A stretch of 23,096 nucleotides of DNA from Octopus sinensis (GCF_006345805.1 NW_021836634.1:1-23096), one strand, 5' to 3'; positions 10,290 to 20,940 are shown, counted from the stretch's first letter. The notes: a model not told the origin generated them from the letters alone. Translations and numbers: made by a program.

Positions 10290-10830
10290 TGCTATTAACA
10301 GCTAACACTTCCACAACTACCACCACTACTACTACTCTGACAACAGTCATCACTACTTCTACAACCAATACCAGAACCAATACTATCAACTATGTTATAA
10401 CACTCTTCCACCATGGCCACCACCCCCAACAACAACAACAACAACAAAATGAACAGCAACAGCAAAACTCTGCAGCCACCATCACCATCACAAACACCAC
10501 CATCAACACCACCGCCATCGTTACCATCAATGTCGTCACTACCACAATCGCCACCACTACCATCAGCAGCACCATCACCATCACCACGTCCAACACCTCC
10601 AACACTACCACCACCATCTCTACCATCCCCATCATCATCATCACCACCGCCATCACCACCATCACCATCACAACAAAAAACAACAACCATCATCACCACT
10701 ACTGCCACCATGATACCATTACTACCACTGTCAATACCGCCCACCTACCAAGGGTACCATCGCTACCATCAATATGCAACCACACCCTTTTCACAACCAC
10801 CACTGCCACTACCATCACTTAAACCATTTC
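10290..10830. repeat. Degenerate (CAC/CAA/CAT)n low-complexity tract
   Basis: Direct inspection. Confidence 0.9.
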
Positions 10831-11019
10831 CACTTCCCCCATGACCCTTTTTCCCCTCTCCCTCTCCTACCCAACTCATCCTTCTCATGTCTAGAATTTT
10901 CTTCATTAACATAGTTACTAGTGATTGTTTAATTAATGAAGTGTATGTCTGTATGTGTATGTGTATGTGTATACACACATACAGACATATTAATGTGTGT
11001 ATGTGTTTGTATTTGTGGA

Positions 11020-11057
11020 TATCATCATCATCATCATCATCGTTTAGCGTCCGTTTT
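11020..11057 (-). mobile_element. Family C terminal remnant
   Basis: (ATC)n-GTTTAGCGTCCGTTTT. Confidence 0.6.
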
Positions 11058-12008
11058 ATATATATATATATATATAATATCTATATATATATATGTATGT
11101 GCATGTATATGTGTGTGTATGTGTATGTATATGTATATATATATATAATATATATATATATATATACATATATATATGTGTATGTGTGTGTGTGTGTATA
11201 CATATATATATACATATATATCTATATCTATACACACATACACATATATATATACACTAATATATAATATGTATATATATATATATGTATATATATATGG
11301 GTGTATATATATATATATATATGTGTACATATATATATACATATTATATGTAGACACACACTTACTCTCACACACACATACATATTTCCGTTTTTATTTG
11401 AAATAATTACCTCATTCATTAGTCTTCACCAGCTCTTCCCCCCCCTTTATTCCTCCCCCCCAAACTCATCCCCCCCGTTTGCCCACCCCCATCCCTATCA
11501 CCCCAATGCCCCTGTCCTGCCCACCCTCCCCATCCCGCCCACACCTTCATCCTGTGAAAGTCATGTTCTGAATCCTTTGCCAGCAGCATCACCATCGACA
11601 CCACCACCACCACCAATAACAACATCACTAGCGCCCCCACCACTGCTAAAAGCAACCACATCATCATCATCACCAACAATAACAACAACATTACCATGAC
11701 CACCACCATCAACATCACCATCACTAAAAACCAAATTACCATGATCACGACTACTACCATCGCCAACACCATCATCATCACCAGCACTAACCACAGCAAC
11801 AACAATATCACCATCATCACCATCACTGCCACCATCACCATCACCATCAAAACCACTAGCAATGACACCAAAGGCAATGCCACCACCACCACCACTACCT
11901 CCACCTTCATCACAAACAGATCCACTGCAGCCACCATCACTTAGGGCCCCTCCACCCCCTCAACTCAAAGCTGAATTATAACATCTTACAAAATACTAAC
12001 AGAATGAC

Positions 12009-12066
<58 letters not shown>

Positions 12067-12840
12067 CATATATATATATACACATATATATATACACATA
12101 TATATATACACATATATATATACATATATACATATATATATATATACATACATGCGTGTATACATATATACACACACACATATATACATACATATTTATA
12201 CATATACACATGCATATATATATATATATTCTCTCACACGCACACATACATATATACATACAGACACATCGATACATAAACATACACATATGTATACATA
12301 CATATGCATCCATATTTACATATGGGTACACATGCATACATACACACATGTATATATATGCGCACACACACACATAGCACACACATACACACACACCACA
12401 CACACATACACATACACATATATATATATATATGCTGAATAAATATATTTATATATGTGTGCATCTCAATGAATGTATAATATATATATGCACATACACA
12501 CACATACACACACACTTACACACACACACACACACACACATCGGTATAATCACATAACATGCTCTATACATTATCCTCACACCTTCTGCTGCTAACAATC
12601 AACTTAACTAACCAATTAACTAATAGACCATCCATCCATCCACCACCACCACCACCATTACCATCTTCACTTTCAAGTACCACTCCTAACACCACCACCA
12701 TCACATCTCCACCTTCACATCTCCACCTTTACATCTCCACCTTCTGGTCCATCCATCCCCCCCCAACCACCCCCAACCATCTTCAACCTCCACCACCACC
12801 ACCACTTCCTTTGCCACCTTCAAACACCCATATTGTTTGC
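11058..12840. repeat. Continuous low-complexity block: (TA)n/(TG)n, C-rich, (CAC/CAT)n, (TA)n/(CA)n
   Basis: Direct inspection. Confidence 0.9.
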
Positions 12841-13149
12841 TAAACTTCATGTTGTCCTCTTCGATTATTAGTCCCGGCTCAGCCTGATTAACCTTATCTA
12901 TGATTAAAAGGCATTCAAGCCATGAATGACCAGCTTATTCTTCTACCAAAGTGTATCTAGGAGTACATTAAAAAATACGTCCTTTTACTTCTTTGTTTCA
13001 GAAGACTCCAGTATCCAAGTTAAAGGGATGTTTGGCTGCTATTTTAGCAAATAGGTAACCACATAGAGACCTATTCTTATGAAAGGCCATACATAAACTG
13101 TTGGCCCTTTTGGCCTGTTTTAGCCATATTTTAAAGATTAGGTTGTTGT

Positions 13150-13310
13150 CTTAGGCTGTGTGAGTCACAAGTTCGCTTTTTTTAACCAAATAGTTTCAGG
13201 TTCAGTCCCACAGCTGGGCATCTTCTGGATAAATGGCTTCTACAATAGCCTTCAGTCAGTCAACATCTTGCAAGGAAATTTGGTGGGCAGAAACAACAGG
13301 AAGTCTGTTG

Positions 13311-13312
<2 letters not shown>
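13150..13312 (+). mobile_element. Degraded 5' half of tRNA-derived SINE family A
   Basis: GGCTGTGTGAG...GGTTCAGTCCCAC...TTCTACAATAGCC matches the 16537 and 19352 heads, followed by the internal (TG)n. Confidence 0.65.
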
Positions 13313-13370
<58 letters not shown>

Positions 13371-13394
13371 TGTGTGTGAGTGTGTGTGTGTGTG

Positions 13395-13601
13395 TCATTC
13401 TACTTAGCTGTAATTGGGTAACCCTACAATGGACTAGCCTTCTGGTCAAGGAAAATGTTCACCTGCTCGCCTAGCCAGTGGTGTGACACCATTCGAAAGT
13501 TAAAATGATGAAAAGTGCATATATATATATAACATGTGATCAACTTGAGTATTAGATGTTGTTATACATCACTAGTCACAATGCACTTTTCATCATTTTA
13601 A
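13395..13601 (+). mobile_element. SINE-like 3' fragment carrying a local inversion/duplication
   Basis: CCTGCTCGCCTAGCCAG...ATTCGAAAGTTAAAATGATGAAAAGTGCAT resembles an octopus SINE tail (from memory). The 21-bp inverted repeat 13500-13520/13581-13601 is seen directly. Confidence 0.45.
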
Positions 13602-13621
13602 AGAAATATATATATATATAT

Positions 13622-13840
13622 ATTTCTTTACTACCCACAAGGGGCTAAACACAGAGAGGACAGACAAACGGATTAAGTGGATTACATCGACCTCACTGCG
13701 TAACTGGTACTTAATTTATCGACCCCGAAAGGATGAAAGGCAAAGTCGACCTCGGTGAAATTTGAACTCAGAACGTAACGGCAGACGAAATATGGCTACG
13801 CATTTCGCCCGGTGTGCTAACGTTTCTGCCAGTTCGCTTG
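13622..13840 (-). mobile_element. tRNA-derived SINE family B, young near-full copy
   Basis: Minus strand has CGAACTGGCAGAAACGTTAGCAC (A-box-like), GAGTTCAAATTTC (B-box-like) and the central GCCTTTCATCCTTTCGGGGTCGATAAATTAAGTACCAG block shared with 15905-16100. The central block resembles the Meta/MESC-type SINE core (from memory). Confidence 0.85.
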
Positions 13841-13939
13841 CACATACATACATGTGTGTTTGTGTGTGTGTGTGTGTGTATATGTGTAAGCATAAATATG
13901 TATTTAGATAGGTGTATATGTATATATTTGTATGTCCAT

Positions 13940-14152
13940 GTATGTCTTTGTGTTTGTTCCATAACTACCACTTGACAACCAGTGTTGGTTGGTTTATGTT
14001 CCCATAACTTAGAGGCTCAGCAAAAGAAACTGATGGAATAGGTACCAGGCTTTCAAAAACAGTAAGCACTGGGGTCAATTCAATTGAATGAAGATTCTTC
14101 AAGGTGGTGCCCCAGCATGGTCACAGTCCAAATTCTGAAACAAGTAAAAAAG
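13940..14152 (+). mobile_element. 3' half of SINE family A
   Basis: CTTGACAACC...CTGGGGTCAATT...GGTGCCCCAGCATGGTCACAGTC...GAAACAAGTAAAA aligns to 16720-16926 and to the reverse complement of 18952-19145. Confidence 0.75.
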
Positions 14153-14179
14153 ACAAAACATAATAGATAATATACAAAC

Positions 14180-14940
14180 ATCACCACCGCCATATTTCCC
14201 ATCGCCACCATCACCACCACCACCATCATTATGACGACCGTCACCATCACTATTACCATTATCCCCAACACCAACACCAACATCCCCAACACCACCATCA
14301 CCAACACCACCATCACTACCACCACCACCATCACTACCACCACCATCACTACTACCACCACCACCACCATCTTCCAGTTACATCACCATCATCACCAACA
14401 CCATCATCACTACCACCACCACCACCACCATCTTCCAGTTACATCATTACCACCAACACCACCATCTTCCAGTTACATCACCACCATCACTACCACCACC
14501 ACCACCACCACCACCATCTTCCAGTTACATCACCATCATCACCAACACCACCATCACTACCACCACCATCACCATCTTCCAGTTACATCACCATCGTCAC
14601 CAACACCACCATCACTACCACCACCACCACCACCATCTTCCATTTACATCACTACCACCAACTCACCATCACTACCACCACCACCATCTTCCAGTTATAT
14701 CACCACCAACACCACCATCACTATCTCCACCACCATCTTCCAGTTACATCACCATCGTCACCAACATCACCATCACTACCACCACCACCACCACCATCTT
14801 CCATTTACATCACTACCACCAACTCACCATCACTACCACCACCACCATCTTCCAGTTATATCACCACCAACACCACCATCACTATCTCCACCACCATCTT
14901 CCAGTTACATCACCATCGTCCCCAACACCATCATCTCCAA
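14180..14940. repeat. (CAC)n matrix with 11 ATCTTCCAGTTACATCA-type anchors and a 161-bp higher-order duplication
   Basis: Anchors at 14369, 14430, 14464, 14516, 14574, 14635, 14686, 14735, 14796, 14847, 14896; the last three are each 161 bp after the previous three. Confidence 0.9.
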
Positions 14941-15409
14941 AACCTAATCAAAACAAAAGGAATAAAAATAAAGACTTTCTTCTTTCCTTTTAATTCATTC
15001 CTTGTATTTTTCTTCTTTCCTTCGTCAGCCATGCTTCTCCTCTTTCTTTTGTATTATTTCTTTCTATTTATATTTCTTTCAATTAATTTTCTCTTCTCTT
15101 ATTCTTTTTTCTTTTTTTTTTTATCTAATCTCTACAACTCTCTTTACTTCCTCTATTTTTTTCTCCCTTGCTTCCTTTCCATTCTTCATTCTTCCCCACC
15201 TCCACCACCACCGCCACCACCACCGCCCGCCGATCCTCCTCACCACCACACCACCCACAAAGCCGCCACCAACACTACCACCAACCGCCCGGCCGGAGCC
15301 GCCCTCACCACCACTACACCCACCACCGCCATACACACAAATCCTTTCTTTCTCTTTCTTATTGCTTTCTTTTATTGGTTTTCTGAATGAATAATGTTTG
15401 CAGGAGTGT

Positions 15410-15411
15410 TA

Positions 15412-15455
<44 letters not shown>

Positions 15456-15471
15456 ATTATTATTACTATTA

Positions 15472-15532
<61 letters not shown>

Positions 15533-15647
15533 TATCATTATTATTATTATATTATTATTATTATTATTCTTATTATTAATATTATTATTACTATTATATT
15601 ATTATATTATTATTATTATTTTATTATTATTATTATTATTATTCTTA

Positions 15648-15681
<34 letters not shown>

Positions 15682-15685
15682 TTTT

Positions 15686-15746
<61 letters not shown>

Positions 15747-15799
15747 TATCATATTATTATATTATTATTATTATTATTATTACTATTATCATTATTATA

Positions 15800-15830
<31 letters not shown>

Positions 15831-15900
15831 TTTATTATCATTACATTATTATTATTATTATTATATTATTATTATTATATTATTATTTTTTTATTATTAA
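15410..15900. repeat. ~490-bp (ATT)n tract
   Basis: Direct inspection. Confidence 0.95.
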
Positions 15901-15904
15901 CATT

Positions 15905-16100
15905 AAGGTGGCGAGTTGGCAAGATCCTTAGCATGCCTGTTGCTCCGTAGTGAGTTCAAATTCCACCGAGATCAACTTTGCCGTTCATCCTTTTGGGGGT
16001 TGATAAATTAAGTACCAGTGAAACACTGGGGTCAATGTCATTGACTAGTCCCCTCCACCAAATTTCAGGCCTTGTGCCTTTAGTAGATAGGATTATTATT
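15905..16100 (+). mobile_element. tRNA-derived SINE family B embedded in (ATT)n
   Basis: AAGGTGGCGAGTTGGCAAG...GAGTTCAAATTCCACCGAG...CATCCTTTTGGGGGTTGATAAATTAAGTACCAG..., ending in an (ATT)n tail. Confidence 0.85.
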
Positions 16101-16223
16101 ATTATCATTATTATTATCGTTATCATTATTATTAATATCAGGCTGTGAATGAAATTGATATACAGCCATGTATCTATGCATATATATATATATATGTATA
16201 TATATCCTTAAATCCTTAAAAAT

Positions 16224-16264
16224 GTTTTAGCTCGAAGGCCGCGGCCATGCTGGGGCACCACCGC
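16224..16264 (-). mobile_element. Family A 3' terminal fragment
   Basis: GCGGCCATGCTGGGGCACCACC is the reverse complement of the GGTGGTGCCCCAGCATGG motif at 14103. Confidence 0.55.
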
Positions 16265-16280
16265 TGATAATCACAATATA

Positions 16281-16322
<42 letters not shown>

Positions 16323-16418
16323 TATATATATATATGTATGTATATGTATGTATTTATGTATATATAGCACTTTCATACACACATACATGCTAACACACAT
16401 GAAAGAACTTCTCCTTAC

Positions 16419-16478
16419 CAAAATCCATTGCCAAAGTTTTGTCTACCTTCATCATCCAATCTGATGAATGCAAGCAAA
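16419..16478 (-). CDS. Internal exon (60 nt); LLAFIRLDDEGRQNFGNGF (phase 2) or CLHSSDWMMKVDKTLAMDF (phase 1)
   Basis: caagatttcag|TTTG...TTTTG|gtaagg; length is a multiple of 3; phase 2 fits the 16944-17053 candidate. Confidence 0.5.
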
Positions 16479-16536
16479 CTGAAATCTTGAAGGCACCAAC
16501 TTCTCCCTTGTCGAATTTTAATAAACAAGTACCCTA

Positions 16537-16677
16537 CTAAAAGTCTGTTTCCCTACCACATGGTTCTGGGTTCAGTCCCACTGCATGGCATCTTGGGCAA
16601 GTGTCTTCTACTATAGCCTCGGGTCGACTAAAGCCTTGTGAGTTGATTTAGTTGACAGAAACTGAAAGATGTTCGTC

Positions 16678-16720
<43 letters not shown>

Positions 16721-16926
16721 TTTCTGTGTGTGTTTGTCCTCCCATCACAACTGGTGTGGGTGTGTTTACATTCTCGTAGCTTAGCAGTTCATCAAATGAG
16801 ACTTACAGAATATGCACCAGGCTTTAAAACATAAGTCCGATGGTCAGTTTACTTGACTAAAACTCTTCAAAGCAGTGCCCCAACATGGCCGTACTCTAAT
16901 GACTGAAACTAGTAGAAGATAAAAGA
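16537..16926 (+). mobile_element. tRNA-derived SINE family A (head degraded) with internal (TA)(TG)n
   Basis: CCACATGGTTCTGGGTTCAGTCCCACTG (B-box region)...GTGCCCCAACATGGCC...GACTGAAAC; homologous to 18952-19352. Confidence 0.85.
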
Positions 16927-16943
16927 ATCCTTCAGTTTGATAC

Positions 16944-17053
16944 AAGTCTGTATTTCTGAGAGTAGGAATTGTGAAGGATGGATTAGTGAGATTGGTGGCA
17001 CCACTAGCCTGACTAAATACATAATACTTCAGTTTAATGTTTCTATATGTACT
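16944..17053 (-). CDS. Candidate internal exon STYRNIKLKYYVFSQASGATNLTNPSFTIPTLRNTD
   Basis: Acceptor tttgttttcatgtcag| in phase 0 follows the 17817 exon. The donor CTT|gtatca is weak; an alternative donor GAA|gtatta ends the exon at 17028. Both give phase 2 into 16419-16478. Confidence 0.4.
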
Positions 17054-17379
17054 CTGACATGAAAACAAATATTAATACATACATAAATACATAAATACAT
17101 TCATTTCCTTTTCTCAGGAAACTGCTGTCGTTGGGCAACTGATCTTACTCTGACAGCACCATGTGACCTGCCTTGACCAATAGCAGCCTATTTCTTGGTA
17201 GCAATCTTAGACTTCCAGTGTTTCTCGATTTGGTAATTTAAGCCTGAAATGGATGGGTTTCTGTTAGGGACCCATGAAACCTTATGTCACAGGAAGCCAA
17301 ATCAAACTGTTTTAAATAATACATGTAACTCCTACTGAATGTGTTCAGTGCAGTTTTCTTTTGTTTGCCCACTCACTCA

Positions 17380-17457
17380 TGTGTGTGTGTATATATATAT
17401 GTGTGTGTTATATATATATATATTATATATATTAATATATATATATAATATATATAG

Positions 17458-17488
<31 letters not shown>

Positions 17489-17496
17489 TAGATATA

Positions 17497-17536
<40 letters not shown>

Positions 17537-17549
17537 TACAATATATATA

Positions 17550-17592
<43 letters not shown>

Positions 17593-17660
17593 ATATATAT
17601 ATATATGTATATATTACAATGTAAGTTCCATAAAGGTATAGATAGATAGATATAGATATT

Positions 17661-17710
<50 letters not shown>

Positions 17711-17770
17711 TAAATTCCATAAAGGCATAGATAGATAGATAGGTAGATAGATAGACAGATAGATAGATAA
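17380..17770. repeat. (TA)n/(GATA)n microsatellite block
   Basis: Direct inspection. Confidence 0.95.
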
Positions 17771-17816
17771 AACATAAGGGAATAAATCTCTATTATCTAT
17801 GATTTATTTAGCTTAC

Positions 17817-18106
17817 ACACATTTCATATAACTTGGCGCACTGCAAGTGCTGCACATTGCAGTATACATATTTAATTGATCCTTCATTTGACAAACTGAA
17901 TTGCCATAGAAACAGAGCATTTAGCTGCCATACTATTCTTTTCAAAGCCATAAGTCCTCTAGTAGCTAAATACTCTGCTTCTGTAGAGATACCTTTAAAA
18001 ACTGATTGAATTGCACTGCTAACACGGGTGGGACACCGTGTTGGCTTATAAAAACGTTTAATATACTTGGTAATATATTGTGGTTGCAAAATGAAATTTG
18101 ATGTCC
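17817..18106 (-). CDS. Largest internal exon (290 nt) GTSNFILQPQYITKYIKRFYKPTRCPTRVSSAIQSVFKGISTEAEYLATRGLMALKRIVWQLNALFLWQFSLSNEGSIKYVYCNVQHLQCAKLYEMC
   Basis: The only long non-repetitive, normal-composition ORF in the track (17808-18149). It ends at a strong donor TGT|gtaagc. Acceptor tttttattgctggtag| is in phase 1; the true acceptor could be a later in-frame AG. Confidence 0.7.
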
Positions 18107-18210
18107 CTACCAGCAATAAAAATGTTAGTACCATTTGCCAGTGTTTCATATGTAAATTGGTCTATCTAGTTGTGTTATATTGCAAAATTTAGTGGCACTT
18201 TAAGCAATGT

Positions 18211-18592
18211 ACTTACTTGTACTTGTGACGGCGTTCACCCAAGGCGGGTTAAGCCGGCTTCTTCTCGCATAGAAGAAGTTTTGTGGGAATATTGAATTTA
18301 CAAGCGGTCCCCAACATCCTGCATGCATATCCCGAGTGACGGGACGCCCTGTTTGCCGTGGAGTCTCCACAGACGCAGGGACAAAACAACCTCAAAGCCG
18401 CTGGTTACTGATCAGACGCCTCTTGGAATTTTCACCAGAACCTCATTGGCCAGGCTGCAGCCCTAATACCGCTCAGAGCCAGACCAATCCGCCTTGGGTG
18501 GCCCTACCAGGAAACGAAGTTCCCGATGGCATAGCTCTGACACTGCCCGTTTACACCACCCCACCGCTTTGTGGAGGGGTTGGACTTTAGGG
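18211..18592 (-). mobile_element. 382-bp non-autonomous, internally deleted RTE-derived retroposon with 10-bp TSD
   Basis: Direct repeat TAAGCAATGT at 18201-18210 and 18593-18602. The minus-strand 5' part GAGCTATGCC...CCTGGTAGGGCCACCCAAGGC resembles the RTE/Expander 5' UTR motif (from memory). The 3' end ...AACGCCGTC-ACAAGT-ACAAGT-AAGT is an RTE-style short tandem tail. CpG-rich. Confidence 0.75.
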
Positions 18593-18663
18593 TAAGCAAT
18601 GTGTACATGGCCGGTTAATAGAGTTGATGTAGAACTGAAGAAATAATGTATATACCCCCATTG

Positions 18664-18800
18664 TGATTGGTGTTAGGAAGGGCATCCAACCCTTGTCAAA
18701 ACAGACAGTGAAGCCTGATGCAGTCTTCTGCCTGGCCTGCCCTTGTCAAACTGTCCAACCCATACCAGCATGAAAAATTGGCGTTAAATGATGATGATGA
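18664..18800 (+). mobile_element. Family C 3' part with (ATG)n tail
   Basis: TTGGTGTTAGGAAGGGCATCC...CCAACCCATACCAGCATG...GTTAAATGATGATGATGA. Confidence 0.8.
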
Positions 18801-18873
18801 AGACCCATTACCAAATTTTCTGTCTTTGATCACATTGTTTACATTGATGTATTCATATACAAATCATTGCAAC

Positions 18874-18905
18874 CTTCAGTGCTGGCTCTAATTTCTATTG
18901 TAAAT
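18874..18905 (-). CDS. Candidate small exon (32 nt) (K)FTIEIRASTE(G)
   Basis: cttttataatttatgtctatag|A TTT...GAA G|gttgca. Bridges the phase-2 end of the 22986 exon to the phase-1 start of the 18106 exon exactly. Confidence 0.4.
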
Positions 18906-18951
18906 CTATAGACATAAATTATAAAAGTGACAGTTACATATATTGTTTTAT

Positions 18952-19150
18952 TTTTTTACTTGTTTTAGTCATTTGACTGTGGCCATGCTGGAGCAGCACC
19001 TTTAGTCAAACAAATTGACCCCAGGACTTATTCTTTGTAATCCTAGTACTTATTTTATCAGTCTCTTTTGCCAAATCGCTAAGTTACAAGGACATAAACA
19101 CACCAACATCAGCGTCAAGCGATGGTGGGTGGACAAACACAGACACATAA

Positions 19151-19194
<44 letters not shown>

Positions 19195-19352
19195 CAAGCT
19201 TCTTTCAGTTTCCATCTATCAAATCCACTTATAAGGCTTTGGTCGGCCTGGAGTTATAGTAGAAGAGGCTTGCCCAAGGTGCCATGAAGTGGGACTGAAC
19301 CCAGAACCACATGGTTGGGAAGCATGCTTCTTACCACACAGCCACTCCTGTA
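18952..19352 (-). mobile_element. tRNA-derived SINE family A, full length
   Basis: Minus strand has A-box TGGCTGTGTGG (19334-19344), B-box GGTTCAGTCCC (19291-19301), an internal (TA)n/(TG)n and a 3' GACTAAAACAAGTAAAA terminus. Confidence 0.9.
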
Positions 19353-19360
19353 TAAATGAA

Positions 19361-19676
19361 GGTGCATGGTTTAGTGGTTAGGGTATTCAGCTCACAATCA
19401 TAAGGTCGTGGGTTCAATTCTCTGTAGCGTGTTGTGTCCTTGAGCAAGACACTTTATTTCACATTGCTCAAATCCACTCAGCTGGCAGAAATGAGCTGCA
19501 CTTGTAATTCACAGGGCCATTCTTGTCCTATTCTGTGTCATGCTGAATCTCCCTAAGAACTACATTAAGGGTCCACATGTCTGTGGAGTGCTCAGCCACT
19601 TGCACATTAATCTCACAAACAGGCTGTTCCACTGATCCAATCAATTGGAACCTTCATCATTGTAACCGACAGAGTG
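19361..19676 (+). mobile_element. A different tRNA-derived SINE, near full length
   Basis: A-box TGGTTTAGTGG (19367-19377), B-box GGTTCAATTC (19411-19420), then GTGTCCTTGAGCAAGACAC hairpin typical of SINE bodies. No cloverleaf 3' arm. Confidence 0.8.
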
Positions 19677-19859
19677 ACAGTTTACTTTCTATATAGTTGG
19701 CATATATGTAGACATACATATATATATATATATATAGATGTGTATAATATATATGTATATTATATAATATATATAAATATATATATTATATATATATGCA
19801 CATACATGTATGTAAATGCATATATGTCTATGTATGTGTGTGTGTGCATGTGTGTGTAC

Positions 19860-20310
19860 TACTACTAACACTACTACCACCACCACCTCCACCACCACCA
19901 CTACTACTACAGTTCCCCCTAAACTTTTTGCATTAGCTCTTGTCACCCCATCATCTGAATCCCCTTATTCTGGAGACATAACAACCCCACCACTACCTGC
20001 CACCACCACCACCAACCACCTTCAACGTCACCACCACTTCCACCACCAGTACCACCACCACCATCCCAATCCCCACCATCATCTCCACTTCCACCACTAG
20101 CACAGCCACCACCACCACCATCACCACCACCACCGTCGCCAACACTATCATCATCACTAACACCAACTTACCCAGACTGTATGGTGACGGTGGTAGTGGA
20201 GAGATGGTGGTGGTGGCAGTGGTGGTGGAGAGGTATTGGGGGGGGGGGGTGAATGGGAAGTGTGGTGGGGGTGATGGGGGAGTAAATGAAAATGGTGGCA
20301 CTGGGGCTGT
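19860..20310. repeat. (CAC)n tract switching to a (GGT)n/G-rich tract
   Basis: Direct inspection. Confidence 0.85.
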
Positions 20311-20391
20311 GGGTATGTGAGGAGTTGTTTTTGAGCTTAACCTGGTCTCTACTGATAATTCCATATTACAATCTCAGATAATTCCACACAA

Positions 20392-20540
20392 CAGACGCTG
20401 CTCTGCCTCCTCCGCCGCCGCCACGACCGCCGCCACCGCCGCCGCCATCACCGCCATGCCCACCCATGCCGCCTTCACTGCCGCCACCGCCGCCATTGCC
20501 CCCACACAAGCTGTAGGCGGAGTGGCGGAGTGGGGAGGCT
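20392..20540. promoter_or_regulatory. CpG-dense (CCG)n island
   Basis: Run of CCG/CGC triplets, unusual in this CpG-poor window. A regulatory role is inferred only. Confidence 0.3.
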
Positions 20541-20669
20541 GGAGGAGATTACTGGAGGTGTGGCGTTAGTTCGGATGGAGGTGATGGGAACAAACGCATG
20601 CAGACGCATGCATACACGTTGCAGTTAGAGAAAGGAAAGAAAAAAGGAACAGACAGCTGCATTCTTGCA

Positions 20670-20907
20670 TGTGTGTGTGTGTGTGCTCGTGTATGTGTGT
20701 GTATGTGTGTGTGTGTGTTTTGTGTATATGTGTGTGGATGTGTCTGTCTATTCAAAAATTCCTTCACAAATACATTAGTCATAAATGTATGGATGTATGT
20801 ATGTGCATATACATAAGATGTATATGTATGTTTATGTATGTGTATATCTATATATATATACATACATATATATATGTATATATGTGTATATGTGTATATA
20901 TATATAC

Positions 20908-20940
<33 letters not shown>

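Noticed and set aside
18336-18590. 84-aa plus ORF MTGRPVCRG...
   Set aside because: It lies antisense within the non-coding RTE-derived element; no RT or endonuclease motifs.
18500-18592. Possible HDV-like ribozyme at the RTE 5' end
   Set aside because: HDV-like ribozymes are known in RTE 5' UTRs, but I could not fit P1/P2/P3/P1.1/P4 by eye. An RNArobo or Infernal search would settle it.
19291-19421. tRNA genes
   Set aside because: A and B boxes are present, but there is no acceptor-stem closure and the sequences continue into SINE bodies.
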